Source: a virus
Taxonomy: Duplodnaviria; Caudoviricetes
Strand: one strand, 5' to 3'
IMG/VR virus record: IMGVR_UViG_3300042890_000585
Location: 1-62,443 of that record
DNA: 62,443 nt
The notes under the pieces were generated by a model. That model was not told the DNA's origin and searched no databases. It was given only the letters and a program-made list of their open reading frames with translations. The position numbers and the translations under genes are program-made. Positions 30,601 through 38,188 of the stretch are shown in pieces; position 1 is the stretch's first letter; each line of letters begins with the position of its first letter.

Positions 30601-32210
30601 ACGATTTGTATAAAAATTTGGTTGATGAATATGGTGGAGAAAAACAAGCGTCAGAATATTTAAATTCCATAGGCATCCCCGGTATCCGCTATTTAGACGG
30701 AACATCTCGCAATAAAGGTGAAGGCACATACAACTATGTCGTATTCGATGAGAATCTTATAAAGATTCTCGATAAGAACGATAAGCCAGTGCAAGACGAG
30801 TTGCCTAGAGCAACTGGCTTGCAGTTCATGCCAGCACGTCCAATCGGAAAAACTGAACCGCTTCCAGACTTTGAAACAACAATAATAAAAGGAATCACTC
30901 CAGCAAAAGGATTTAAATGGGATAAGGCAACAAATGTTGAGATTGATATTGGTGGTGGAAGAAAAATGTCATTCTCTTACGATCCTGAATACCTTGAAGT
31001 TCCAAAGTTCAAAGACTTAATAAAAGAACTAAAAGGACAACCAGTCATTCTTCTTGAAGCGGATCGTCAAAGGGCTACTGGTGGAGATATGGGTGGCCCA
31101 TTGCATCCATTCCTTAAATCAAACCAAGTCACAATTACTGGGCCAGATGGCAAGAAATACAAGGCAGTCTGGGCTAACATGACTTCTACCTTTGTATCTG
31201 GTGCTAAAAATAGGTTAGCATCTCATGGAGCGAAATACGCTTTGGTTCACTTGATGGATCCAATTGCTCATAAATCAAACAAGCGAACCGCAAGGACTCT
31301 TGATGGGATGATGCGAAAATCAAAATTGAGCCAAAGGGAAAAGGAAATCATTTCATTATCCATGCAAGCAGGAATTATTGCAGGAGAGAAATCAGCAATG
31401 AGTTCTGCTATAACCGCTTTAAAACGTCAAATGTCTTCTGCTAAAAAAGATCCAGAAAAGATTAGAATAATAAATGAAAAAATAAATAAAATTACAAAAG
31501 AAAGAGAAAATATTACTCCAAAAGGATTTTATGGTGAAATATTTAAAGCAGTTTCTAGTATTAAAAAGGCAATTAGTAATGTTAAAACTGGAAACTGGGC
31601 AGAAAACAGCATTGAAAAAGCAAATAAAAAATTAGAAAAATATGTTAATATAAAAGAATATAATGAATTATTAAAAAATAACAAATCATTGTATATTTCT
31701 GATAATATTGGTAATACATTCTCTGACAGGGGTTCAGCAATTGGAAGTATATTGTCATTTAAGTTTGGCAAATTTGATCCAAGTCTTGTTATGCGCGAAT
31801 CGTCAGATTTTAGGGAGGGTGAAAACCTTGATATTGTAACTGCAGTTGAACTTTCTCAAAATCCAGATATTTTTGCTTTGTATTTTGGAAAGGATCCAAA
31901 AGAAGAAGCGGCAATGTCTAAAGCGGAGCGTAAAGCAAGAGACGAAATGAGGGCTAATCCTGATTTTGTTGAGCATGAGGCATACGATTGGGTAATGCTT
32001 GGGCCAGAAAAAGGGAACAATTTCTTGGTTAAAAACCCAGTAAAACCAGAGCAAATATTCAAGAAATATAGAGAAACTCATGCTGGTGAAACAGTGGTCG
32101 ATGGTTCCGCTGAAACTGTTGCTGGAGCAATGCGAAAAAATGCTGGATTTATTTTGCGTGTTGACGAAGATACTCAAAAGGTATTAGCTTCAAAAAAGAA
32201 AAATAAATAA
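24675..32210 (+). CDS. Giant polyvalent internal virion protein (zincin metallopeptidase motif, ADP-ribosyltransferase-like module, unknown C-terminal domain)
   Basis: 2511 aa; ALNHETGH (HExxH) with downstream EEILAE; FHGT...GTGEGAQAYGWGLYF...NYVVFD ART-like domain; repeated FMPA linkers. Confidence 0.8.
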   Translation: MSDYNELLKTIDDALAQTDEAQEAKNPTQAILDEIDAALGEKPEAAPVPSVTPAPVPSVTPIPVESAVPAPVPSVTPQPEVAVTPAPVAAPQPSLTPSPVSQPVAELPKSTPSRLPEPTPPKESEVDYSLPSNQFLAMVKDVPDEKWGKDEVDFLNTLSGKDLSEIKKQRPDVIFDDILNQKIFDYQRETTPYKIPETKEDFYNLTKASATFLGKDLGVMASELVGDVLVGGAKAVKQGVPFLLGQTSDYAKGLEAEQLLSPEKQQEAQAWRKRAWEISNTPLKGGEQPNPDSYTDAKYLEKIKEGLTKEQIQALDQKYEQKRMEAKQVPFETLAPLADLPPSLAFLGTKLATGGFQTWDSISEQVGLLTKEQAYERWKTRELLDSVKAKMTYEEPRAWARAMDVYKPIYAPTFSYFASLSTPSVEEMMIMDPKLTKEEAESKRKATIEANVLDSIEETKKSIPETDPELQAFGDVAIPGGFGLDTFGYALNVVNAAKKLTPIARLKLKKLRYTDDEINALESKAQRVLKEKQLKELESKKTAGLVERAAGATAKGIEATGEYLERSPKFQAIARYTPYVAGAALGYEINPENPLQSLVVGGVTTKLGLKAAKFGAKTLLEAPKVIKEISAARRISAGGEMGPLATLESIAKQQDEVKNLTAKLKTLSEGTEEYIDTKKLLDDAKDKAKGIKEAGGEVVDYEGIGKVSDTTKKILRFASDDMISNIGEYAKMGIEPTILGLSMGMIDSSDEEELKGMIGSGLVFSLGGRAMQQGFHKFLGEDPVIAARKSRQTSMDALKAYRDSSPETQGEIDRLTDWTNVLQRQENKIGQAQSDLQGLQAEGASPDKIKKAEKVLSAEQKSLSLLKTANVQTRNEFGKNFLQQLARNNMLINGSLKAGQNNVGFHILSTQQIFDHFRKKPEYRDVSDEDLMMSATQQGFYSGTGGNEYRPGMQVSDAAKGLVFDTSKPSIVVNSDALQNRMMIFGETPTEALNHETGHHFARIPEIQNAMGDARKVLFTNEIKDASGAVKEISNGLYSEKQLNEMFVKDYLKNRPKDQVAEIAQSLGVWDYNTNSLNAKDVGSYMQEEILAELFSNTLSRNLGKNLDSKQLHLLDVARLKMKNNLLKNAVTKVLGLGASSDVVSELTNAKLPPEAQSAARNAVRLIQSMNGDFSTMASMPQAAPISRAEIKKSKIAAERYGMDSGLFATKVVAQVFDADGNPVGAAVDVNDPSVYEGSWRISKDGEERLSGYGQIPVQLRQLQVPEGGTLSIAKQVATEVDGVTPRLLNPKDLKKLQQDRASLFKQAIDTPDYGTPGRFEAVSEGSQTYRGSFTPMQIKAIQDLPEGIVPLKIKKYLLDLNEAIVKKDGTRFYVDYAAVMDDKGNYKAFSPKIYDVVPIGLHLSKDGNFLVTTISAGRMMEKLNLWSDRMPNRLNPWGGSKEAFWADFSKKYLDNWTKGIEGSGYDKQGQPIGTNQLDADVQAAEVKKSILNDFLNLFTNETQALNLDRTTIPKRKGDPKNKSLDRTIMSMRIDHMAELLDADHLPKLPIDYEKAKLNFMPAETERAKFLSAELEKMYEEGGTDKRIANYESELEGIYQKLESDQESASTEGEENITESEMNPQDVVFDAINNYKTGKVDNQEQTLAEHIRNVFDSEGKFNISPSVTDAEIESAANDIYNQKATQRQKISGLQFMPAEQPTKYEPISARIRPLEGISAPAKVVGAKGLSLGEIEPPVRGNAMLPDMELKPDSSEKGIQSSDITTSAKPAPDAVIKPFSNALVSSVGLINFLPAFHGTPFDVDKFKLANIGTGEGAQAYGWGLYFAQARKVAQDYKDKLTDWNSPGTYEWKGMSLRSDDYKNPIRHAISLVYHQGINQAKQIGKTLQKDSEKGEPYTVEQGGLEYSKKFNDALSQVKSKKEIKFEQGNLYKVDLDVKDEDLLDWDKPLSEQSDKIRENVLNESKLLGDLNREWNGNDLYKNLVDEYGGEKQASEYLNSIGIPGIRYLDGTSRNKGEGTYNYVVFDENLIKILDKNDKPVQDELPRATGLQFMPARPIGKTEPLPDFETTIIKGITPAKGFKWDKATNVEIDIGGGRKMSFSYDPEYLEVPKFKDLIKELKGQPVILLEADRQRATGGDMGGPLHPFLKSNQVTITGPDGKKYKAVWANMTSTFVSGAKNRLASHGAKYALVHLMDPIAHKSNKRTARTLDGMMRKSKLSQREKEIISLSMQAGIIAGEKSAMSSAITALKRQMSSAKKDPEKIRIINEKINKITKERENITPKGFYGEIFKAVSSIKKAISNVKTGNWAENSIEKANKKLEKYVNIKEYNELLKNNKSLYISDNIGNTFSDRGSAIGSILSFKFGKFDPSLVMRESSDFREGENLDIVTAVELSQNPDIFALYFGKDPKEEAAMSKAERKARDEMRANPDFVEHEAYDWVMLGPEKGNNFLVKNPVKPEQIFKKYRETHAGETVVDGSAETVAGAMRKNAGFILRVDEDTQKVLASKKKNK
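29746..29768 (+). repeat. 23-bp direct repeat ctggcttgcagttcatgccagca (copy 1; encodes GLQFMPA)
   Basis: Exact copy at 30814-30836; degenerate copies near 29349 and 30041. Confidence 0.85.
30814..30836 (+). repeat. 23-bp direct repeat (copy 2)
   Basis: Identical to 29746-29768. Confidence 0.85.
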
Positions 32211-32213
32211 ATA

Positions 32214-32432
32214 ATGAGCGAGAATTACTCTATACTTGTAAAAGATGCTGACAAAAACACGTCTGATATAAATGACTACAAAAAAATTGGATTTAAAGAA
32301 TACCAACTTCCAGACAATATGGTTCTGATGGTTGCTGAAGATGCTCCAGAAGACATAAAAAATGCTGCGCTTGATGCTGGGAACGGAGACTACGATGCGC
32401 TCCAAACAGCACTTGGAACCGAAGAAGAATAA
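32214..32432 (+). CDS. Small acidic hypothetical protein
   Basis: 72 aa, 3 nt after the giant gene. Confidence 0.6.
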   Translation: MSENYSILVKDADKNTSDINDYKKIGFKEYQLPDNMVLMVAEDAPEDIKNAALDAGNGDYDALQTALGTEEE

Positions 32433-32435
32433 CCT

Positions 32436-32570
32436 ATGCCACTACGAAAATGTGCATCCCAGAATTGCTTTGAACGCAATCTCAAAACTGAAATGAAAAC
32501 AAAACCGCAGAAGCAAGCACTCGCTATTGCCTATGCCGTACAAAAGAAAGCTAAGGCTAAAAAGAAATAG
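32436..32570 (+). CDS. Small basic protein with PQKQALAIA motif (44 aa, not in ORF track)
   Basis: MPLRKCASQNCFERNLKTEMKTKPQKQALAIAYAVQKKAKAKKK, a common small phage family. Confidence 0.65.
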   Translation: MPLRKCASQNCFERNLKTEMKTKPQKQALAIAYAVQKKAKAKKK

Positions 32571-32589
32571 CCTTTACAAATTAATAAAT

Positions 32590-32772
32590 ATGAAAAATAC
32601 AAAACCCGTTAAGGGAATCGGACGCAACCAGTGCGGAATTGAAGAACACGATGATCCGTGGGTTCGCAGACTTTCCATTGTGGTAGATCAAGCCTGTGCC
32701 TTCTTCTGGACACGCACTCCAGAGAGACGTAAAATTCAACGCGAGTTCCTCGCTAAATTACATGGCTTCTAA
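32590..32772 (+). CDS. Hypothetical protein
   Basis: ATG after an A/T-rich leader; overlaps the next gene. Confidence 0.45.
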   Translation: MKNTKPVKGIGRNQCGIEEHDDPWVRRLSIVVDQACAFFWTRTPERRKIQREFLAKLHGF

Positions 32773-33007
32773 AAAGAACAACCACCCTGCATTCCCTGTG
32801 CCTCATTTCGGTGGAGATGCAAAGACATCCGCAGTCAAGCCAAACTCTGGAATGGGAATCCGAGACTACTTTGCAGGGGCAGCACTGCGGGGCTATAGGG
32901 CAAGCGAAGAATTCTCTGGTGAGTTGCCAGAGATTGTTGCAGAGTTGTCCTTCGTGGACGCAGACGCAATGCTCATCGAGCGAGAGAAACAATCATTCAA
33001 CCAATAA
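32762..33007 (+). CDS. Conserved small phage protein (PAFP...GMxxRDYFA family)
   Basis: HPAFPVP...GMGIRDYFAGAAL...ADAML. Confidence 0.75.
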   Translation: MASKKNNHPAFPVPHFGGDAKTSAVKPNSGMGIRDYFAGAALRGYRASEEFSGELPEIVAELSFVDADAMLIEREKQSFNQ

Positions 33008-33012
33008 ATATT

Positions 33013-33255
33013 ATGTCAGATACAAACACACCAAAACAAGCAGGAGAAGAAGAGACGCAACAAGCAATTGATGCCGTACTCTCACAAATCGACCTAACCA
33101 AAATCACCCAGCACGATGTCTATCATGACATCATGCGGACGCTCCAAGAGACGAGTTTCAAGTTCGTCCTCGCAGCAAAATTGATGGAGCATATTTTCGT
33201 TCGTGACGGAGTTTTCAAAACGAAGGAGCAAGAAGATGAGTCAGGGCAAAATTGA
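33013..33255 (+). CDS. Hypothetical protein
   Basis: 80-aa ORF in operon. Confidence 0.6.
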   Translation: MSDTNTPKQAGEEETQQAIDAVLSQIDLTKITQHDVYHDIMRTLQETSFKFVLAAKLMEHIFVRDGVFKTKEQEDESGQN

Positions 33256-33406
33256 CAACAATGAGTGGCATCGAAATGGCAAGGGAGATAAGCCCAGAAC
33301 CAAAACTTGGGAACGAAAGTACCAAGACAACTACGATGATATCGACTGGTCTTCCATCCAACGAAAATCCAAAAAGAGAGATGACGATGAAGATGACAAT
33401 TCCTGA
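33236..33406 (+). CDS. Small phage protein (GKGxxPR...YxxNYDxI motif)
   Basis: MSQGK...GKGDKPRTKTWERKYQDNYDDIDW. Confidence 0.6.
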   Translation: MSQGKIDNNEWHRNGKGDKPRTKTWERKYQDNYDDIDWSSIQRKSKKRDDDEDDNS

Positions 33407-33539
33407 TTCAGTACGGCAGTTTCTGTCCGAGATTGGACGCAAGGGTGGGTGCGTTTCGTCCGATAAAAAAGTTGAGGCAGCAAGGGCTAATGGCGCAAAA
33501 GGTGGCAGACCTAGAAAGATGGAAGTCTGCACAGCTTGA
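33393..33539 (+). CDS. Small KGG-motif basic protein (putative DNA-binding)
   Basis: FLSEIGRKGG...AARANGAKGGRPRK. Confidence 0.65.
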   Translation: MTIPDSVRQFLSEIGRKGGCVSSDKKVEAARANGAKGGRPRKMEVCTA

Positions 33540-33615
33540 TTCTATCGGCATCTGCGGGTGTCAACAGAATTAAGTAACTATTTTTATCCTAGTGAAAAAT
33601 AAATGAAAATAATTA

Positions 33616-33643
33616 TTGCATAACCCAAGCGGCTTGGTATCTT
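33616..33643 (+). promoter_or_regulatory. Sigma70-like early promoter with a palindromic operator in the spacer
   Basis: A/T-rich UP element, TTGCAT-N16-TATCTT; the spacer contains ccaagc-g-gcttgg. Confidence 0.55.
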
Positions 33644-33697
33644 GTTTGTAGTTGAAGGCGCAACGCCAGCAACGAAACCAAAAACCAAATCAATCAA

Positions 33698-33901
33698 ATG
33701 ACAACTCTTAGTAACAAAACCATCCTAGCAATCTCTAAATACGGAAAAGAATTCTGCATTTTTGCAGCACAAGAAAACAATGCAGGAGAAGGAGCAAATA
33801 CCATTAGCTGGAGTTTTCCTCATGAGTTGCGGAATTTGCGTGGAAAAACTCAATGTGCAGATGCTGCAATAAATGCAGGACGCGAAATTTTAAATAACTA
33901 A
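33698..33901 (+). CDS. Early hypothetical protein
   Basis: 67 aa, with caatcaaATG leader. Confidence 0.65.
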   Translation: MTTLSNKTILAISKYGKEFCIFAAQENNAGEGANTISWSFPHELRNLRGKTQCADAAINAGREILNN

Positions 33902-33906
33902 AACCA

Positions 33907-33952
33907 AAACGGAGCGGGTTCCACCCCCGCTCCAAACCCAACCAATCAAATG
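33907..33952 (+). repeat. Intergenic T-loop-like hairpin repeat, copy 1 (ggagcggg-ttccacc-cccgctcc-a) plus leader
   Basis: Near-identical to 34178-34223 and 40721-40764. Confidence 0.85.
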
Positions 33953-34174
33953 AAAGCCACTACAAAAAACTACGGCCCCTTCCAAGTTCAAGCAAAATCC
34001 ATTAAGGCAAAACTTAAAAACGGATTCGCTCTCTTAACTTGCAAACGCCAATCTGGAACTACTCTGTTTGGAAAAAAATACAGCATGAAATCGCAATGGT
34101 GGATCAAATTTGAAAACAACCCTTGCGCAATGGGGCCTTGGTCTTCGGAAGCAATTCGCTCTTATTTTGTCTAA
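33950..34174 (+). CDS. Early hypothetical basic protein
   Basis: 74 aa, bounded by hairpin repeats. Confidence 0.65.
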   Translation: MKATTKNYGPFQVQAKSIKAKLKNGFALLTCKRQSGTTLFGKKYSMKSQWWIKFENNPCAMGPWSSEAIRSYFV

Positions 34175-34177
34175 CCC

Positions 34178-34223
34178 AAACGGAGCGGGTTCAATCCCCG
34201 CTCCAAACCCAACCAATCAAATG
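34178..34223 (+). repeat. Intergenic T-loop-like hairpin repeat, copy 2 (ggagcggg-ttcaatc-cccgctcc-a) plus leader
   Basis: 8-bp perfect stem with a TTCAATC loop. Confidence 0.85.
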
Positions 34224-34388
34224 AAACTATTCAAATCTTCTGAGCATTACAAAAACGCTTCGCACACAAAATTGGTGCAAGCATTGCAAGCAGTGGTGGA
34301 CGCATACGGCCATAAAGATTCGTTGCTGATAGACCAGTGCAAAGACGCTTTAAAATCCGCTGGAATCTTTCCAAAAAAACATTGTTGA
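34221..34388 (+). CDS. Early hypothetical protein (55 aa)
   Basis: ATG directly after the repeat leader. Confidence 0.6.
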   Translation: MKLFKSSEHYKNASHTKLVQALQAVVDAYGHKDSLLIDQCKDALKSAGIFPKKHC

Positions 34389-34414
34389 CATTCCCAAGCA
34401 GATTGGATTATTCT
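34385..34414 (+). promoter_or_regulatory. Sigma70-like promoter with a second copy of the operator
   Basis: TTGACA-N18-TATTCT; the spacer contains ccaagc-a-gattgg. Confidence 0.5.
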
Positions 34415-34423
34415 TCAGATCTT

Positions 34424-34642
34424 ATGAACATCACAGACCTCATCAACCACCTCGCAGAAAAAGCCGCGCAAAGAAACTGGATTCCCGCTTGCGGTGGAAC
34501 CGAGCAACCCTTCACATCACGCAGCGGACGCAGACTCCTCTACTGCTGGCAGCAGTCCACGGGCAAACACGCTTACCTCGATTGCGGCAGTGATCTCATC
34601 CTGTCTGACGAGGAAGCACGGAACGCACTTGCTCTTTTCTAA
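34424..34642 (+). CDS. Early hypothetical protein (WxPACGGTExPF motif)
   Basis: 72 aa downstream of the promoter. Confidence 0.65.
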   Translation: MNITDLINHLAEKAAQRNWIPACGGTEQPFTSRSGRRLLYCWQQSTGKHAYLDCGSDLILSDEEARNALALF

Positions 34643-34643
34643 T

Positions 34644-34775
34644 ATGAGCTTCATCGAAACATTCACGTCAACTCCACTGCTTGTGACGCTCCAGCATACG
34701 CTGGATGCGTTCACGGCAATCGCTCCAGCAATCGCTATCCTTGGAGTAACATTCATACTTACAAAAAACCAATGA
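34644..34775 (+). CDS. Small membrane protein
   Basis: Hydrophobic C-terminus AIAPAIAILGVTFIL. Confidence 0.45.
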   Translation: MSFIETFTSTPLLVTLQHTLDAFTAIAPAIAILGVTFILTKNQ

Positions 34776-34963
34776 CAACATCATTCGCAGTTTCATACTT
34801 CGTATTGTCCTTCGCGTCCTGCTTCGCTTGCTACCGATTGGGACAACAAAATATCCTACATCGTTTCAAGCAGTATTGCGACAAGCGCAAACGGGACGAG
34901 ACAACTTGCAGTAAATTTGAAGATTTCATCAATCAGTAAAACCAACCAAAACCAGTAAAACAA

Positions 34964-35593
34964 ATGAAAAACATAGCATCAGCACTAGTCAAAGCTCAGA
35001 AGGCATTCGGCCCAGCACTCAAAACATCAACCAATCCTCACTTCCGCTCGCGATACGCAGATCTGTCTGCTTGCGTCGAAGCTGTCATGGGTGGATTGAA
35101 TGACAATGGAATCGCATTGGTTCAACAGACTCACGAATGTGAATCTGGTGTTCTTGTCGAAACTCTATTCATCCATGAATCGGGTGAGACATTCTCAGCA
35201 GGAAAACTGCACGTTCCAGCCAGCAAGAATGACGCAATGGGGTACGGGTCTGCATTGACGTATGCAAGACGTTACTCACTTATGGCAGCGTGTGGCATTG
35301 CACCTGAAGATGACGATGGTCAAGCCGCATCTCGCGTTGTTCCGCAAGCTAGGACATTGCCACCAAAAGTCCTAGCACCTGCAACACCTAAAGAGGATCC
35401 AAACTGGTTCACAAAAGTGGAGGCAGTAATAGCAACCAAAGCTGAATCGGCTACAGCATATCTGATCAGCAAAGGTGAGATCAAAACTGGTCAGTTGTGG
35501 AACGACCTTCCCGCTGGCAAGTATCGTGACAACCTTATCGTATCACCAGAGAAGTTTCTTGCAGCAGTAGCCAAATGGGAGGCATCGAAATGA
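34964..35593 (+). CDS. erf: ERF-family single-strand annealing protein
   Basis: NPHFRSRYADL, YGSALTYARRYSL and APEDDDG. Confidence 0.92.
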   Translation: MKNIASALVKAQKAFGPALKTSTNPHFRSRYADLSACVEAVMGGLNDNGIALVQQTHECESGVLVETLFIHESGETFSAGKLHVPASKNDAMGYGSALTYARRYSLMAACGIAPEDDDGQAASRVVPQARTLPPKVLAPATPKEDPNWFTKVEAVIATKAESATAYLISKGEIKTGQLWNDLPAGKYRDNLIVSPEKFLAAVAKWEASK

Positions 35594-36633
35594 TCCGTCA
35601 TTCACTACTTCCTAAGCTGGCTGAGTGCGCCTGTTTCGAGTCAGCGGGGGGTAGCTCCCCTGCTGCATCTCGCGGGACTAAAATGGACGAGGCATTCCGT
35701 GAAATGTTCATGGGAAACAATAAGCCTCTCTTGAACCTAAATTCCAAAGATGCTGATGCAGTCATGTGGGCAGTGGAGATGACAAAGACTATCGCTGGTG
35801 ACCATGAGGTGGTAACAGATGAGGATAGCTTGAAAGTCAAGACACCGGGGATCGATCACACTGGAACCGAGGATTGCCGCATTCCTGCTATCCACACTAG
35901 CCTAGATTTGAAATCAGGAATCCTACGTTCGTATCTTGAGCAGCAATGTGCCTATGCCTACGGAAACATGGCAGCAAGCTACGATTTCGAGACTGGCGAA
36001 TACGCTATTCGCGAATGGACTACGCACCTGCTGTTCTGTGATCAAGAACGGGTGGTCACGCACTCTTGGACAATTGACGATGCAAGGGCAGTTGTGGAGG
36101 GTGTTCTTGCGGCATACAACGATCCAGACAAAACACCGACAGCTTGCGATTATTGCAAGTGGTGCAAAAAGGCATCAACGTGCGAGCAAATCACTAGTCC
36201 AGTTGCCAACACACTAGCAGTTGTGGAAAGCGACCTACAGACCAACCTAGCGCAAATGCAGGAGCATCTCGCAGGTGATATTGAGCGACTCTCCACGTTT
36301 GTAAAACAGAGCAGTATTTTCAACAATTACCTCGTCGATTGGGCAAAGGATCTGCTCAAAGAAAAGCTACAGGCAGGTGAGAAAGTCTATGGATGGAAAC
36401 TGCAACGCCAAAAGGGACGTGAGACATATCCCGAAGAAGTCATCGAGCATATCGGTAACTTAACCGAAATGTCATTATCCGACAGCATTAAGCTATTCGG
36501 AGGTAGCATCTCTGCTACAAAACTTCAGAAATACTGCGATTCGGTAGGATACGATCTCACCCAAATCCAGCCAGATGTTGCCGAGGAGATTATGAAGCTA
36601 GTCGAAGACAAACCAAAGAAAGTTAAAGCATGA
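35590..36633 (+). CDS. Cas4-like / DUF2800-type PD-(D/E)xK exonuclease
   Basis: GTED...DLKSG...QxxxY with a C-terminal CxxCxWC...C cluster; adjacent to ERF. Confidence 0.75.
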   Translation: MIRHSLLPKLAECACFESAGGSSPAASRGTKMDEAFREMFMGNNKPLLNLNSKDADAVMWAVEMTKTIAGDHEVVTDEDSLKVKTPGIDHTGTEDCRIPAIHTSLDLKSGILRSYLEQQCAYAYGNMAASYDFETGEYAIREWTTHLLFCDQERVVTHSWTIDDARAVVEGVLAAYNDPDKTPTACDYCKWCKKASTCEQITSPVANTLAVVESDLQTNLAQMQEHLAGDIERLSTFVKQSSIFNNYLVDWAKDLLKEKLQAGEKVYGWKLQRQKGRETYPEEVIEHIGNLTEMSLSDSIKLFGGSISATKLQKYCDSVGYDLTQIQPDVAEEIMKLVEDKPKKVKA

Positions 36634-36980
36634 AAGAACTAAACTTCGATAAACTAACAGGTAATGGATGGAAGCAATTCAAAGACTTCCTTGGTCAGTC
36701 CGATATCTCATTTTACAAAACCTTCGCTGGTCATGAAGAATGCCGCTGCAATGAGGGCAAGAAGAAGCAGGTCGAAGTTTACGTCTACGACCATCGAAAG
36801 TATAGCGCAGTTGCTGGAGTTGGCTATGAGGTTAAATGCACTGGTGAACTTCCAGATGGTACATGGGTTGAACTAAAGTCACATGGGTTAAATCAAGATG
36901 ATGTTGACCACAAAGCACAGGAACTTTTGGAGGTTTGGGATTGGTCAGTAAAAAACAATTTGACGAAATCCAAAAGCTAG
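36630..36980 (+). CDS. Hypothetical protein
   Basis: 116 aa, ATGA-coupled. Confidence 0.65.
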   Translation: MKELNFDKLTGNGWKQFKDFLGQSDISFYKTFAGHEECRCNEGKKKQVEVYVYDHRKYSAVAGVGYEVKCTGELPDGTWVELKSHGLNQDDVDHKAQELLEVWDWSVKNNLTKSKS

Positions 36981-37105
36981 ATAGTTTGCGTTAGTCTCTT
37001 GTGAGACTCGATGTTTAAGACCATCGATAAAAACCAATGAATTTACCCTTCCTACTGCCGTTGTCGCTCGATAGACGGAGTCTTACTTTAGGAAGGGTTT
37101 TCTTT
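36960..37105 (+). promoter_or_regulatory. Promoter plus structured leader/attenuator upstream of the replication initiator
   Basis: TTGACG-N16-TAGTTT; hairpin agtctc/gagact; terminator-like stem acccttccta/taggaagggt followed by a T-tract. Confidence 0.5.
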
Positions 37106-37113
37106 ATAAAAAT

Positions 37114-37788
37114 ATGATAGTATCTCCAGACTTTCCAGATCACTGGAAAACAAGAATGTTAGTTGATTTACTCAACGATGAGTCCGCGCCCGTGTATCTC
37201 ATTAGGATATGGGGCCATTGCCAAAACAGGAAAACCAGCGTGTTCACAAACCTTCCAACAGCAGGGTTGAAGGCATTGTGCCGATACAATGGTGACGCTG
37301 AAAAGTTTGAATCAGCATTTGTGACTGCTGGTTTCATACGCAGAGAAGGTGATAATGTTATAATTCACCAGTGGGATGAGTATAACTCCTCTCTGATAGC
37401 TAATTGGGAGAATGGAAAGAAGGGTGGAAGGAAACCCAAAGCTAACCCAAGTGAAACCCATGGGTTACCCATGGCTAACCCAAGTGAAACCCATAGCGAA
37501 CCTATGGGCAGCCCAACGCGAACCGATAAGATAAGAGAAGAGAAGATAAGAGTAGAATTGATAAGACCAGATTCTGTTCCAGAGCAAGTCTGGAATGATT
37601 TTCTTAAAATCAGGAAGGCAAAGAAATCACCATTAACTCAAACAGCACTAAACGGAATCCAACGTGAAGCAGACGAAGCAGGTTGGACGCTGGAGGATGC
37701 AATCACCGAATGCGTCTCCCGTGGATGGCAGGGATTCAAAGCTGAATGGGTCTACAAGGCACAAGAGACTTACCAACGGGCTTGCTAA
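37114..37788 (+). CDS. Phage replication initiator (lambda O / YdaU-like)
   Basis: N-terminal wHTH-like domain, ENGKKGGR linker with internal DNA repeats, C-terminal WNDFLKIRKAKKSPLT...RGWQGF; upstream of DnaB. Confidence 0.8.
   Translation: MIVSPDFPDHWKTRMLVDLLNDESAPVYLIRIWGHCQNRKTSVFTNLPTAGLKALCRYNGDAEKFESAFVTAGFIRREGDNVIIHQWDEYNSSLIANWENGKKGGRKPKANPSETHGLPMANPSETHSEPMGSPTRTDKIREEKIRVELIRPDSVPEQVWNDFLKIRKAKKSPLTQTALNGIQREADEAGWTLEDAITECVSRGWQGFKAEWVYKAQETYQRAC
37432..37510. repeat. Iteron-like repeats inside the initiator gene (putative origin)
   Basis: gctaacccaagtgaaacccat at 37441 and 37473, palindrome aacccatgggtt, and further (a)acccat/aaccca variants. Confidence 0.65.
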
Positions 37789-37789
37789 T

Positions 37790-38188
37790 ATGAAACAGAT
37801 CAATCTATTTGGTCAGGAGTTTAACCCAAGCAATGAAGATCAAAAGTATTCTTCAAAGATCCAAGCACCAGTTTACGAACCTAAAGGTAAAAAACCACAC
37901 GTTCTTGAACTATGCGACAAATCAAAATCACTTGCTTTGATTAAAGAGATAGAAAACTCATCACTTCCATACGAAGAAAAGAAGTTCCTAGTGGATGCAG
38001 CAAGAAGGCACAACGCATTCAACTACGAAAAGATTGCTGACTACTACGCACAATCATCAAAAGAAATGCAGGATCTAATGGAGAAAAGCGGATTGGTTAT
38101 TATTGATTTCGACAAGGCAGTTGAATTTGGATTTGTTAAAATCTGCGATGATATCCGCAAACAATATCTGGAGGATTATGGAGTCTAA
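37790..38188 (+). CDS. Conserved partner protein of TET-associated glycosyltransferase
   Basis: YSSKIQAPVYEP...AARRHNAFNYEKIADYYA...LVIIDFDKAVEFGF. Confidence 0.7.
   Translation: MKQINLFGQEFNPSNEDQKYSSKIQAPVYEPKGKKPHVLELCDKSKSLALIKEIENSSLPYEEKKFLVDAARRHNAFNYEKIADYYAQSSKEMQDLMEKSGLVIIDFDKAVEFGFVKICDDIRKQYLEDYGV

Noticed and set aside
33907-34223. Hairpin repeats as a CRISPR array or tRNA genes
   Set aside because: The intervening sequences are whole ORFs of ~230 nt, there is no cas operon, and no D-arm or anticodon arm is present.
35590-36633. Cas4-like nuclease as evidence of a CRISPR system
   Set aside because: Solo Cas4-like exonucleases next to ERF are ordinary phage recombination modules.
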